Program-made: the position numbers and the translations under genes | Source of the DNA: Nemertoderma westbladi | Taxonomy: Eukaryota > Animalia > Xenacoelomorpha | Length of the DNA stretch: 64,000 bases | NCBI GenBank assembly: GCA_032718475.1 | Contig: JAUCBJ010007108.1 | Coordinates: 1 to 64,000 of the forward strand | Direction: 5' to 3' | The notes under the pieces: generated by a model | Told to the model about the DNA's origin: nothing | The model's database searches: none | Seen by the model: only the letters and a program-made list of their open reading frames with translations | Shown: positions 25,396 to 37,589 of the stretch, one piece after another | How positions within the stretch are numbered: the first letter of the stretch is position 1 | Layout of the letters: each line of letters opens with the position of its first letter

Positions 25396-28300
25396 TTAGT
25401 CTTTCTTACGCGGACGGCGTTTACGCAGTTTTTTGAGGCTAGTAAGAGTCCTTTTCTCTTTGGGGCGAGCCACTTTACTAGGAGGGCTGTAACTCCTGGG
25501 TGAAGGGTGCAATACAATTGCATCAGAAGGTTTCGGATTGCGATCGGTGTATCCGCCGGTCGAGGTACCTGGTTGATCGATATCAACTTCCGTGGAGCGA
25601 GGTCTAACAGCCTTTAGGGCGCGCCTCAGGACAGCAGCTCCTACGGGTCCTTGACGGGTTGTCTGGGCAATGGCGGTAGGTGGACCGTGAGTGGTGAGAA
25701 ACTTCCTTGGTTTAATAGTTCTTTCCAACTCGCGTTCTCGGGCTCGATATTCGTAGGGCCGTCGAGATACTTCCTGTAACTCAGGGTGCGAGTTGATAAA
25801 TAAATCGCCATACTCAGGGTCTTGACGGATATAATTGATCAAATGGTATGAAGTAATATCGTTAGGATTGACGTTCCTAAGGTATCTTCTAACAAATTTA
25901 GTGGAAATACACTCACCAACACGCTTCATTAGCTCGTAACTCGGTATGCGTGTTTTTTGTTCCACAGACGCTAATAAATAAGGATGGAACGCGTAAACTC
26001 CCTCGTAAGAGCGTCCAGGGTAGTATCGATGACGGGACTCACAGTGTAAATCCGCGTTAGCTTCCCAAGCTCGGATGTAGCGCAGGGTAATCATTTCATC
26101 TACGCTCTCTAAATCGTGATTAAAGGGGCAATTATAACTGGCATGTCCTTTAAGTTGACAGTGGTGGCATTGAGTCATAAATTGGGGGCAGACTGCAAAA
26201 ATATGAGAGTTATTAAGTCTGCAATACGCACAATATATCTCCATCATTGGTTGTTCGTGGAAATAGGAACAGGGTACGTCTGAGTCCATAGGAGTGAAAT
26301 GGTCTCTCGATGCGCATAATCGACAACGTTTTCGAGAAACATAGTTAGCGTGTCGATAATCGTATGCGGTGAGACATTGTGGACCTTGATACCACTCTAA
26401 GACGTAGTCGTTATCGCTGCTCCGGGGCGCTGTAGGCTGAATCGCTTCAGCTTCTAAGCATATTGGTTCATCTTCCAATTGCATAGCTGAGGTAGGTGCG
26501 GCTGTCTCCGCAAGCGGACCCACTGTCTGAACTTCGACGACAGAATAACCCGTGGGTATTCGGGGTCTTTGTATAACAGATGAGTGCAAGTTCTGTATAC
26601 AAACGTCCTGAAAAAGGGCAAATCCCGCGCTGTTTAGCTTCTCCGCCGCTGAGTCTCTCAGGCTGAGTTTGGTCAGAGCGCGGTCCTTGAACTGACTATC
26701 AACGTTACGGAACGGAGTCAGAAAGCGCCTGAAACATTCAAAGCGGATGAATTTATTGTGTTCATCTAACTTGGCGAGTTTGGTTCCAAGTATTAAGGGA
26801 TGGGCGCGTATGGTACGACTGCACACATCGGCTAGCCAACCCGCAAGTGCTGCGTTTTCAAAGATCGTGTATATAGCTAAGGAGGGACGAAGTGGAACAC
26901 TCATAAAGCTATACACGGCTCCAGGTGCGGTCAATGGTCCATCAAAGTATAAACGAGAATAATGATCTCCGTATACTTGTTGGTAATTTATAGGATTTCC
27001 AACCTTGAAATTACTTTGAAAGGCAAGATGTCCGATGGAGGTTCGTTGTACTTTGGTAATTCCGCTGGGTGTATTGGCATACATAGTGCGGAAGAAACCT
27101 CGGCCTTCTGCCCAAGGAGCAATCAGCTGAGTATCAACGAAGGGGTATAGAATGTTCTCCATATTCCGAAAGTCGTTCTGTAGGTCTCCATAAACAGCTG
27201 AGCCGATTTTAAGGATTCCTTCGTTAAACAGCATCTCGAGCACGGGTTGGGGTAACATCGATCCATCGATACCCATGGCCGGCTTGCGCTCGGTGTCGGT
27301 GACGTAACGCTGCGCGAGTTCAAATTGTCCATGTCGGAGTTTCTTTTGTGTCTCAGTAAGAGTTTCAAAAGAATAATCAATAACGTCGGAACACGCTCGA
27401 GTAAATACGTGGGTAGAACCAGCGAGTCCTCGTATGTGTATCATCCGCGTAGTTCCAAGTTCTCCAACCGGAACGCTACCTTCGTTATCGTAAGTGACAA
27501 CTCCATACATCTCGATAACGTTAAGAGTTTCGTTCCACTCTTTAGTGGCGTTTTCGAGTGTCATTCCCACAGGATGCCACAAGGTAGCACATTCGCTAGC
27601 ATTATGCAGGTCTTTATACTTTAAATATTGTGTGGTATATGTTTCCACATCTCCATATCGTTGTATTCTTTCCTCCTCGAATAACACATCAAGATTCCAG
27701 TGCACTAAACGAGTTTTGATGAATCCATCAAGATTATACGGAGGTATTGTTTCTTTCTCTATTCTGGAAACATTATATGGTTTTCGAAATGAGTTTACTT
27801 TAACTAACTGATCCAGATGTTTCTGCAGTTGTTCGAGTTCGACAAGATCGAGAGGATTTATTAACGGTAGAAACTTCGGACTATGTGTAGGATCTTCCGG
27901 TTTTACCATGTAATATTGTTTTAGATTGACGTAATAAGGGTGATCTTTGATCCCATAAAACGAGTCCGGTAAAGGTCTAGCGCGTATGTTTACATCGTGT
28001 ACCATGCGACGGACAAGATCTGCTCTATTGTCCGGAGGTTCAACGAGTATACCATCGACACGAGCGGATTCGATGGGCGGACGCTGCAACAGAGGAGCGT
28101 CGGCGATAAGATCGCGAGATCTTAGGTTGATATCAACCGGTTGGGGTTGTGCCGTCGCAAAAAGTTTGTCTCCGAAATGGGGAACCATCGAGGGATGAAG
28201 AATGGTTTTAGAGTAGAGATCCGTCATAAGGATTTGCGCTTCGGGTTGAGCTAAAGCCGCTTCTTCTCTCTCATCCAGTTCTATATGTCTCTCCTCGAGC

Positions 28301-29640
28301 TGATTCTCCTCCGCTTGTTGTTGTAGACGCTCATCTAGAAACTCTTGTAAAGAGTAGGTTCATCCACGTTCGATGTCCTCCTCGAGATTTTGTATTTCTC
28401 TATCGAACTGGGGTAAAGCTAATTCCTTCACCGCTTGGACTTGTTGCTGCAATTTACGCTTCTCCAAACAATCGTACGTTCCCTTTCCGATTTTCTGCCG
28501 AATAGCGTCTAATGCGTTTCGTACGACGCTCTCTTCGACTTCCGTAACGGGTTGGATAGAGGTGAAGCCGGGACGGTTGTATGGGTTAAACGGCGATATG
28601 AGATGACCACGTCCCAATCCAGCTAGGTAGGGTTGGCGAATGTCTCGTGAGCCTACTACCGGAGTGCCACCGATCAACTGTTCGGGTAACACTAGATCTT
28701 TGAACAGTGAGTACAGTTCGGGAGGATCCGTGATACTATTAGGGTCAAGAGTTTGAGGTCTAACTGAGGAATGCGGAGGTCTGACCGAGTATTCCGGAAC
28801 TCTGATCATCGGTTTGTTCAAGGATCGCTTGAGTCGAGCGACCGCAGGGGACACGTCGAACAGGTTTCGCTCGAAACTCCCGTAAGTATATCGTGTAAAA
28901 CTGTGTTTAGCGCAACGTATCCGCGGATGTTTATGTCTTTCCGTTTGCTGATTGGGTCTAGGGCATTCGTCGCAGTAATACCAAAGACGCATGTCCTGCA
29001 GAGGAAACGCGGGTGATCGTTCTCCAGTTTTACAATATTCCTCCATCTGTTCGAAGCTATCCGGGACGACAGGTAGCGGTCGATCGGCGGTAAGATACAT
29101 CATAGTGAAATAGAGTCGTTTGAGTTCTATCATAGGATCATGATGTATACCTTGAGGATATCGAGTTTCGAGATTTTGTTGACTGGCAATATTGAGGTAT
29201 GTTTCTCTCAAGAATTCCAGATAATCGTTGAAGTCGTTGCGTTTATCCGGCTCTTCAACGTCTTCTCTCTCGAGTCTGTTTCGAATAGAGTTCTCGTGTT
29301 CTATTCTTGGCTTATCGTTCCGATTCCGCTGGGTATGATATTTAAATAAAACCATTTCCCTTTCGGTATCCACATCGTCCGTGTCGTGTAAATCGATAGG
29401 ATGGCCGGTAGTTAAGAAGTCCATATACGTACCATTACGATGCGTATAACGAGCGGTGAACTTTCTATAGTCCAATTCACGCGTAAGTTGCTCCGGGGAC
29501 ATCGGCGGTTCGATATAACGACCATCATCCTCCGTAGTAGTTGGACCAGCGTCGCCGTGTATCAAGCTATCGACAAACGCTTGTAAAGGTAGAGTATATC
29601 GCTCCCTGATACCAAGATCATCTTCTATCAACTCAGTCAT
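25396..29640 (-). CDS. Accessory ORF of the BEL element (~1414 codons, one in-frame TGA at 28362-28360): unknown N-terminal region, DEDDy-like 3'-5' exonuclease, CCHC zinc knuckles, basic tail
   Basis: ORFs 29640-28360 and 28227-25396 are in the same frame with 44 open codons between them; motifs VVTYDNEG, ILKIGSAVYGDL, FVDTQ, PLRPSLAIYTIFE; CAYC-x5-H-x4-CP and CHHC-x4-H-x4-CP; C-terminal KKLRKRRPRKK. Confidence 0.8.
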
Positions 29641-31359
29641 ATCTGCTATGAGTTTATCAATATTATAATGAGTTTATATATATATTAGGCTAGCGGGCGT
29701 CGCTGCCTACCCCTCTTTTGCCCCCGGACAGTGTAAGATCCTCAGCGCCGATGTACCGTCGTCGCTGTGCTTTCGCCAACGATGTAGCTACACAACGACA
29801 ACGATAACCGGCACAAGTCACTTCACTGTCCGTCCCAAAGGCTTAGATGTACTGCAGGTTCTTCTTGGAGAGTTAGGGTTACTTTCACAATTGCGACTCG
29901 CTACTGTAAACACACCTTAGTAGTAACATTCACCTACAAACGCACAAATTCAACACAACTGCAACAAACTGCACACATTCGGGCCATTTGTCCGTTAGTC
30001 AGTACCTTCCAGAATGTCACTGTATTTATTATATATCCTTGGATACTAGCGGTGTGCTATTTATTCCCTATGCTATTCAATGGGGCATGCCTTCTATTGT
30101 TCTTTTAACTCACTTCTAATTCTAGCGTGGTTGTTGCCATGGTGACATTATGGAAAGCTAGCGGTAGAATTAGGGTAATTCTCATGCATACAGATCTGGG
30201 ATGCTATTTAATAGTAATTCTTTAATGGTCAATATCCCCTTTATACATGATTCTATGAATTTTATCGGCTATTGACTATACATTAGAGATTCTCGCACAC
30301 AAATACACTTAATAGAGTGAATCTCCGCTCCCATGATCTATTAATTAATGGAATTTTGGGAATGTTATAAATTGTATAAAATGACAATTTATTAAATTCA
30401 TTGAAATATCTGAATTTAAATTTATTCCCGTAAATTTTATTATTTAATGTTAAATAGACACAATTTTATTCCAGAACGTGTCTGGGGACTGGGATCCTTG
30501 ATTCTAGGAATTTTGTCCTTTTAAGAGTATCGGTAAGTGCTACGATATCTTAATCGACTAGAATTTTAAAGGATCTGATATTTGACAGATTTTTGTAAAT
30601 ATTAATAATTAATATTTAGGATGGGCACCAGTTTATTCCAGAACTTGTCTGGGGACGTTAACCATTGATTCTAGAAATTTGTCTTTCAAGTATATCGGTG
30701 GGTGCCGCGATATCTTAATCGACTAGAATTACAGATGGTCAAAGGGTTTAACAGATTTATTTTGCGTTATACGCTACTGTTAAAGGGACATCACGCTACT
30801 ATATGTATTATTTAATATACGGTATGAGAGCAATATCGCACGAAGCAATGTCAGTGTGAAGAGGCAAGTCGTTTCCAAGGTCTACCCAGAGCTTGGTTTA
30901 GCCGAGACACGAGGATCTGAACTTTGCATTCCTAATACTCTGCCTACCAATAATACTTGAATATAGTAGTGGCTTTATTGTACTTTAATAAGTACGAAGA
31001 TTTCATCTTACTGTAGTCACGTATTGATAATGTAATACGGGCAGTAAGGAAAGAGAAAAAGAATTATTTCTCGCCGTCGCACTAAATATATAATATACGT
31101 AATTAAATAATAAACGCGAATATATATTGCACTAATCTACTAAATAATCTCTAAAATACCATACTACTAAATAAAATTAAATAAAACGATTAAAATAAAA
31201 TTACATAATAATACATACATAAATATAAAAATAAAACAAATACAAATATAAAGTAATATGGTCACACACCCACTCCAGCCGTTGTTAAGTTGGGGAGTCC
31301 CTAGATGTTTGTTGGATTAGGGAGGTGGTCGTGGGAAGAGTATCTTGTCTCCCATAGTT

Positions 31360-33045
31360 TCAGGAGAGTTCTCTGTCTCTTTCCAGTAAACATAAACGTC
31401 CCACTGGGCGATTGAGCTGCTGCGTCTCGAAGACAATTCCCGGTTTCTTGAAGTTACGTCGCATGACGACGAGTTCTACCGATCGCACCAAACCGTCATC
31501 CGAGATGTGCGTCTCGATTATACGACCTGTCTGCCACCGCTTACGTGGAAGATCCACATCCACAATAAGCACCATGTCTCCAGCGCTGACGTTTTCTTGC
31601 TGCGCAAACCACTTAGTTCGAAGTTGTAGCGTGGGCAGATAATGTTTTTCGAAATGGTCAGCGAAACGACGGGATAACAACTGCATGAGTTGCCAAGTTT
31701 GTAGACAGTATTCGTCTCCGTCTGTGATTTCCGATTGTGGGAGCATGGCTACAGGTTTCTTCAGTAGGAAGTGCGCGGGTGTTAGCGCTTCCAGGGAATC
31801 GGGACTCGATGAGACTGGCATAAGCGGTCTCTCGTTGAGATAGGCGGCGATTTCTTCCATTAACGTCCGCAAAAGTTCGTCGGTGAGATAAGCGCGGCAA
31901 GGCACTATAAAATGAAATGCTGTCTTCACACTTCTTATTAATCTCTCCCAACTTCCTCCCCACCAAGGGGCGTCGGCGGCGTTGAAGGTCCAACTAGACG
32001 CTGTTACTCGTAGTTGGTCGTCCACCTGTCTTTGGTTCCAATCTTTGACGTAAGCTTTGATTTCATTGTTGGCACCAATGAAGTTTGTTCCCTTATCAGA
32101 TCTCATCGTGTTACTAGTGCCAAAGCGAGCGATCTGTCGTCGTAAGCTTAATAGAAAGCTGTTGGTAGATAAATCGTTCACCATATCGAGATGGATGGCT
32201 CTACAAGTCATACAAACAAAGATTACACACCATCTCTTGACTATAGTCCTAGCACGATATACTTCAATAGGGCCAAATAAATCCACACCGGTATTAGTAA
32301 AGGGTGGTTCATAAAAGCTTACTCATTCCCTAGGTAATTCTGCCTCTCGCTGTGTTAAAGGCCTACTGAATGCTTTCCTACAGGGTATACAGTTCCTAAG
32401 AACTTGGTTCAGAGCTCTACGGGGTTTATAAAAATAATAGCGAGTTCGAATTTCGCTAAGAACTCGTTCTCTACCAGCATGATAAAGCTTACTGTGAACA
32501 TCTACAATCATCTTGACTTGTATTTCAAGATTTCTAATGAGTATGGGGAACTTAGTATCAAAGGATAATGGGGCATTCGTTAACCTTCCTCCAACACGTA
32601 TCAACCCATCTATCATTGTGCTAGAGAAACGATCCCTTAAGCGCATCTGTGGATTTCTCAACAACAGGAAATACTTATCGGAATCTTCATAGCATTGTAA
32701 GAGTCTCAGCATCTGTTTGTTGGTTTCTTCATGCTCCTGATAACTGATCTTCTCCTTCAGAAACCTGTCGGGTATCTTATATGGGGGAAGATCTTTAATA
32801 ACATGGACCTGCACTGATGTGATTGGAGCGGTATCACCCTTTGTTTTCATCCCAGAGTAGTGATGGTGAAAACATCTCTTTAAATATGTAACGGCCTTAC
32901 AAAGCCGATTCCAGGAACTGTAGTGATGCATCGCTCTCTGCAGAAGAGGTGAGAGTCCTTGCGAGACGTCTGGTATGCCAGATTTCCAATCTTTATCACG
33001 GATTTCCACAATGGGTTTATTTGTGGCTGTGGGTTTCTGATCCAA
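31360..33045 (-). pseudogene. BEL integrase region (HHCC zinc finger, DDE core, DUF5641-like C-terminus), in-frame TGA at 32325-32323
   Basis: HSKLYHAG...CIPC; LPRE*VSFYEPPFTNTGVDLFGP; SDKGTNF; APWWGGSWERLIRSVK; LTPAHFL. Confidence 0.92.
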
Positions 33046-33080
33046 AGCGTCGTCTCCGGAAGTATGTAGTACAGACAGAT

Positions 33081-36000
33081 CTACTGTGGGTTTGAATAAC
33101 TTCGATTTACTCGCCTGAGTTTTAGGCTTGACTTTGCCTGTCTAATTTCTGCTGTAGTAAGATGAGGAGGCCATTCTTCTTCTTCTTTGTAGAGGAAGTC
33201 GGGTCCACCTAACCAGTCTGGAGTATCTACCAGTTCTTGTGGAGTTGCTCCCCTGGAAGCGATGTCTGCTGGATTAATCGTTCCGGGGCAATGTCTCCAT
33301 TGATCCATCGTCGTGCGACTGAGTATAATAGCTACTCTGTTGGTAACGAAGACACTGAACTGACAGACTTCATTGGTTATATACTCCAACACGAGTAAAG
33401 CGTCGGTCCAATAGACAGTTTTCTCCAGGGGATAGTCTATCTGTTCTGTTACATTCCGGCCGATGGCTGTAGCGTATAGAGCCGCTTTTAACTCCGCTCG
33501 AGGAACTTTCAACTTGTTGTTTATCAATGCCTTAGAGGTAACCAAGGCGACTTTGATTCCGTCCGGAGTTTCCACCCTTAGGTAGGCTACTATACCGATT
33601 CCCATATCGCTGGCGTCTCCAAACACATGGAGTTGATATGAATACGTAGGGAGAACATGACCAAAATATGAACGGGAAATTATAAAGTTTTCGATGGCTG
33701 GTAGAGAATCTTCCCATTTCATCCACTTCTTTAATAATTCTCCCTTAAGTGGATCGTCCCATGAGTGGTTTTCAAGCCACATTTGTTGTACTAAACTCCG
33801 AGCAATCAATATAACTGGGCTAATAAATCCCAATGGATCGAAATAAGTGCTCAGGATACTTAAACAAATCCGTTTAGTCCGAACTGGATTATCTCGCTGT
33901 TTTAATTGGAAAAACAGGATATCTCTTTCTGTGTCCCATTTCAAACCAAGGGTCTTAGTTTCTGGGAGATCATCCTTTATTAGATCTAGGTCTTTTGTTC
34001 CTCGATCTTCTACCGGGATCGACTCCAGAAACTCACGGGAGTTGCTAGTGAATTTAGTTAATCGAAATCCTCCTTTCTTTAAGCATTCTACCGTTCCTTT
34101 AGCGACCTCAATGGCTTCTTCGACTGATGGAAGGGACTTCAGATTATCGTCCATGTAGATGTCTCGTTTGATATTGTCGATCACTTCTTTAGAGAAGGCG
34201 CCTCGGTTGTCATCCGCAGTGGTGCGCACCACGGAACAGGCGTTTGAAGGGCTCGAGATTATACCAAAGGCTTGGATGGTCATCCAGTACTCAACAGGTT
34301 TCTTATTGAGGTCTCCTTCAGGCCACCACAAAAATCGTAGGCTATCTCGATCCCTATCCAGCGCTTTGACTTGTAAGAACATGCCTTCTATATCTGAGGC
34401 GAAAGCAATGGAGTATTGTCTTAATCTTAATAGTATTCCCAACAAGGATTGGAGTAAGTTGGGTCCGGGTAACAATTCAGAATTAAGAGATTGACCCATA
34501 TAAAGGGCGGAACCGTCAAACACCACTCGTACTTCATGGGGTTTACCGGGTTTGGGAATGTAATGGTGAGTTAAGTAATACGTTCTCTCAGTTATAGGGG
34601 TTTCTTCCGGTACTAGCTCCGCATATCCCTTGCTAATAAACTTCTTCAACTGTGTTTGATACATTTCTTTAGCTGAAGAATTTGCCGTAAGGCGTCGATG
34701 TAGTTGAGCAATTCTTTTCTCTGCCAAAGGTCTGTTGTTAATGAACTTTGGTTCTCGCTTTCGGAAAGGAAGACCGATCTCATATCTACCTTGATCTTTA
34801 AGAAAACGAGTAGTTGTCGCTTGGATCTGCTTGGCTCTTTCTTCCTCCACTGATAGGGCCTTATCGTAGGAGTTGGGCTCTACAACCTCTTGAGTAAAGA
34901 ATCTTACGGCGTGTTCATCCCGAGTCTTGGCATTATAACGTTCAATGACGTCATTAAGCTCGTCGTTATAGTCGTCTCGCTCGGATGGGAGAAGTAGTTG
35001 GCATAAGTTCACTTGATTTTGCCAAGTCTCGCTTTCCTTAAGGAGATCGATGGCATTCTCCTCATCGAAGAGTTGATGTATATCGTCGTTGTCTGAGGAG
35101 TATGGAGTTCCCTCAGTTGGATCGTCGAACTCACTGTTCTCAACTTCCCATTCTCGCACTTGATATACCTGATCTTTAGGTAATCTTTCCATGAGAGTTC
35201 TACGGGAAGGGCCAGTAAAGTACCAACCTACTCTAGTTCTTACCGCATAGGTTTGTAGTGGCTGCGGTTGAGCAGGCCGTTTCTCCAATGTCTCGAGCGC
35301 CTCATGCGCGTTTTGGCCGATGAGTATTTGTACTCCAGGATAATCAGTCTGGAATCGAGGTATCTTAAGATGTTGGATGCTCTCATCCTCGTCCCAATTA
35401 TAAAGGTCTGCTTGAGTAGTAGCGAAGTTCTTTATAGCCACCATTTTCACTGACCTTATACTATGTTCTCCTAGTTCGTCCTGGGGGGTGGACAACGCAC
35501 CTACATAATAATCCGCTGTTACTGTAGATTTCCAAACCTGCATAATTCCTGACATGTTTAGCTTAGTTCGGAACTTGGGTTGTCCAGCGAATATGTCTTC
35601 GGCTAGCTCTTTGTCGATGAATGTTCCTGTACTACCGGAGTCAAGGAGGGCGTTCACTAGATAACTCCTTTTTGGTCCGTGGACCCTTACCTGTACCACA
35701 GGAAATTCTCTAATCCCTACATTGGAAGTTGGCGCTTTCCAAGATGGTTGTCGATCAGAAGTAGTTAGAGCGAGGTCAATGTCTGTATCTTTTTCATAAA
35801 TGAGTGCTCGATACACTGTGGTATTTATCATGTAACAGGATTCGTTTTCGTCGGAGAACTCGTCCGTATAGAATCCTTCCATCTCAGATTGATCAGTGTC
35901 GTTCACATCACTGAATTGGACATGTAGTTCGGAATCACTTACCTGACTCGGACTATTTCGCTCAAATTCAGTGTGCAACAAGATATGATGTTTCGCACCG

Positions 36001-37589
36001 CACTTGGCACATCTTGTGTCAGAGTAACAGGTTCGCCGTTGGTGTCCATGTCTGAGGCAATTATAACACAACCGCTTATCCCACATGACTTCACGTCTCT
36101 CAGTTAATGATTTCTTTAGAAATTCATCACACATATTTAAGCGATGGGTCCCATCACATAGCGCACATTTCGGTTTGATGTTACTTACCTTACTCTGAGT
36201 AATATTGTGTACACTTGTCTTTTCTTCTGGCTTTCTCACCTGAATTCTCTTGGGAGACGTAGGAGGAGTTTTTCTTACCTGTTCTCTCCTGTCATTGGTT
36301 CGAGACTTGAATTTACTTACCTGATCTTTAGGCATTTTATTGACATAATAAGATCTGTCAGTGTCTTTCCCGCTATCCTCTCCTTGAGAAGTCTGGCTTT
36401 CGCCGTCGTCTGTATAACACACTGGTGTTACCTTTCTCCTAGAGACGGGTTTTTCACTTACCTTGTTTTCCGGTGTCTTCTCTCTGGACAGTTTCAGGAG
36501 CTGTAATTTCACTTCTCCATCTAGGAATGACATGAGATCAGCCATGGTAGGGTCTCGTCGTTGTTGTTCCATCATATATAACACTTTCTTATCCCAGCGT
36601 GTACCTACTCCACCCTTCGGTAAAGTAGAAGCCACTGCTCTAATAACCATAGCACTCTGATACTCATGAGACTTACCTAGCCAATCTAATTGTCTGCAGA
36701 TCTCCTGAATCTCATCGGAAAACTCTATAATTCCGCTGCTAATAAACTTTCGGGGCGCTACTAACTTTGCATACAAATACCCAGCTATGTTATTCCTATT
36801 ACCATACCTGATGTTTAGTGTATCCCAAACTTGTCTTAATCCGTCTGGATGTCCAATAAACTTTAACGCCATTAACTTGGGAGATCCTTCCAAGCACTCG
36901 ATGAGGAATCTAAGTTTCTCTCCATTAGAAAGTACAGAGTTCTGTATGTTATCTTTGTAATATTCATTAAAAGGTAACCATTTCATCTCATCTCCATTGA
37001 ACTTGACGATCTCTCCCACCTTTACCGCTTGCCGGGCTTCGGTTCTAGCCATTTGACGCGTAAAACTTTCTTGGGCCATCGTGTTATTTAATATCGAGTT
37101 ATCGGTATATAAATTTCTCGGATTATGATCCGTTCTATAGGGAATATCATTATCAACAGGTCTATAATTACCCTTAATAGGGTTCACTATAGGAGTTTCT
37201 ACCTCGCTAGCAGTATAGATGCGTGTAGGCTCCACACCTTGCGCATGAGATACTTCAGACCTAACAGGTTGACACATTGTTACAGGGGGTGGTGATATAC
37301 CCCTTTGTGTATTTACTAATTTATCGCGTTCTAGCGCGATACTTTGCTGCACTTCTTGCAACTCTAACCTACTTTCCCTTACTGTGCCCTTGAATTGCTG
37401 AACAGTCTCCTGCATCTGTCCGAGCAGGAGATCCATCCCCCGTCGTCTCTCATCCACCCATTCGACCGCCGAAGCGGGATTCGCCAACGTTGTAGCGGGA
37501 GGACGAGGGACAACGGGCGACAAATCTTGAATATTTCGCTGTTGTGCTGTTCTGCTGGGCACAGGTAGCTTGGACTGTGCAATGGGAAT
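33081..37589 (-). CDS. BEL gag-pol core: DUF1759-like gag, three zinc knuckles, aspartic protease, RT, RNase H; frameshifted relative to both neighbours
   Basis: KFNGDEMKW..LSNGEKLRFL; CALC/CYNC/CAKC knuckles; ALLDSGS; RVVFDGS, DIEGMFLQ, YMDD; LHVFGDAS, PRAEL, WTDA, NPADIASRG. Confidence 0.95.
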   Translation of the reverse strand: MPIAQSKLPVPSRTAQQRNIQDLSPVVPRPPATTLANPASAVEWVDERRRGMDLLLGQMQETVQQFKGTVRESRLELQEVQQSIALERDKLVNTQRGISPPPVTMCQPVRSEVSHAQGVEPTRIYTASEVETPIVNPIKGNYRPVDNDIPYRTDHNPRNLYTDNSILNNTMAQESFTRQMARTEARQAVKVGEIVKFNGDEMKWLPFNEYYKDNIQNSVLSNGEKLRFLIECLEGSPKLMALKFIGHPDGLRQVWDTLNIRYGNRNNIAGYLYAKLVAPRKFISSGIIEFSDEIQEICRQLDWLGKSHEYQSAMVIRAVASTLPKGGVGTRWDKKVLYMMEQQRRDPTMADLMSFLDGEVKLQLLKLSREKTPENKVSEKPVSRRKVTPVCYTDDGESQTSQGEDSGKDTDRSYYVNKMPKDQVSKFKSRTNDRREQVRKTPPTSPKRIQVRKPEEKTSVHNITQSKVSNIKPKCALCDGTHRLNMCDEFLKKSLTERREVMWDKRLCYNCLRHGHQRRTCYSDTRCAKCGAKHHILLHTEFERNSPSQVSDSELHVQFSDVNDTDQSEMEGFYTDEFSDENESCYMINTTVYRALIYEKDTDIDLALTTSDRQPSWKAPTSNVGIREFPVVQVRVHGPKRSYLVNALLDSGSTGTFIDKELAEDIFAGQPKFRTKLNMSGIMQVWKSTVTADYYVGALSTPQDELGEHSIRSVKMVAIKNFATTQADLYNWDEDESIQHLKIPRFQTDYPGVQILIGQNAHEALETLEKRPAQPQPLQTYAVRTRVGWYFTGPSRRTLMERLPKDQVYQVREWEVENSEFDDPTEGTPYSSDNDDIHQLFDEENAIDLLKESETWQNQVNLCQLLLPSERDDYNDELNDVIERYNAKTRDEHAVRFFTQEVVEPNSYDKALSVEEERAKQIQATTTRFLKDQGRYEIGLPFRKREPKFINNRPLAEKRIAQLHRRLTANSSAKEMYQTQLKKFISKGYAELVPEETPITERTYYLTHHYIPKPGKPHEVRVVFDGSALYMGQSLNSELLPGPNLLQSLLGILLRLRQYSIAFASDIEGMFLQVKALDRDRDSLRFLWWPEGDLNKKPVEYWMTIQAFGIISSPSNACSVVRTTADDNRGAFSKEVIDNIKRDIYMDDNLKSLPSVEEAIEVAKGTVECLKKGGFRLTKFTSNSREFLESIPVEDRGTKDLDLIKDDLPETKTLGLKWDTERDILFFQLKQRDNPVRTKRICLSILSTYFDPLGFISPVILIARSLVQQMWLENHSWDDPLKGELLKKWMKWEDSLPAIENFIISRSYFGHVLPTYSYQLHVFGDASDMGIGIVAYLRVETPDGIKVALVTSKALINNKLKVPRAELKAALYATAIGRNVTEQIDYPLEKTVYWTDALLVLEYITNEVCQFSVFVTNRVAIILSRTTMDQWRHCPGTINPADIASRGATPQELVDTPDWLGGPDFLYKEEEEWPPHLTTAEIRQAKSSLKLRRVNRSYSNPQ

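Noticed and set aside
28360-28362. In-frame TGA as selenocysteine or programmed readthrough
   Set aside because: The same copy has another TGA and frameshifts in pol; CGA-to-TGA decay is simpler and no SECIS was recognised downstream
25396-29640. Accessory ORF as an envelope glycoprotein
   Set aside because: No signal peptide, transmembrane helix or fusion-protein pattern seen; nuclease, knuckle and basic motifs instead
29714-29842. Hammerhead ribozyme (CUGAGGA and GAAA present on the - strand)
   Set aside because: The core boxes cannot be closed by a stem II in any permutation I could build
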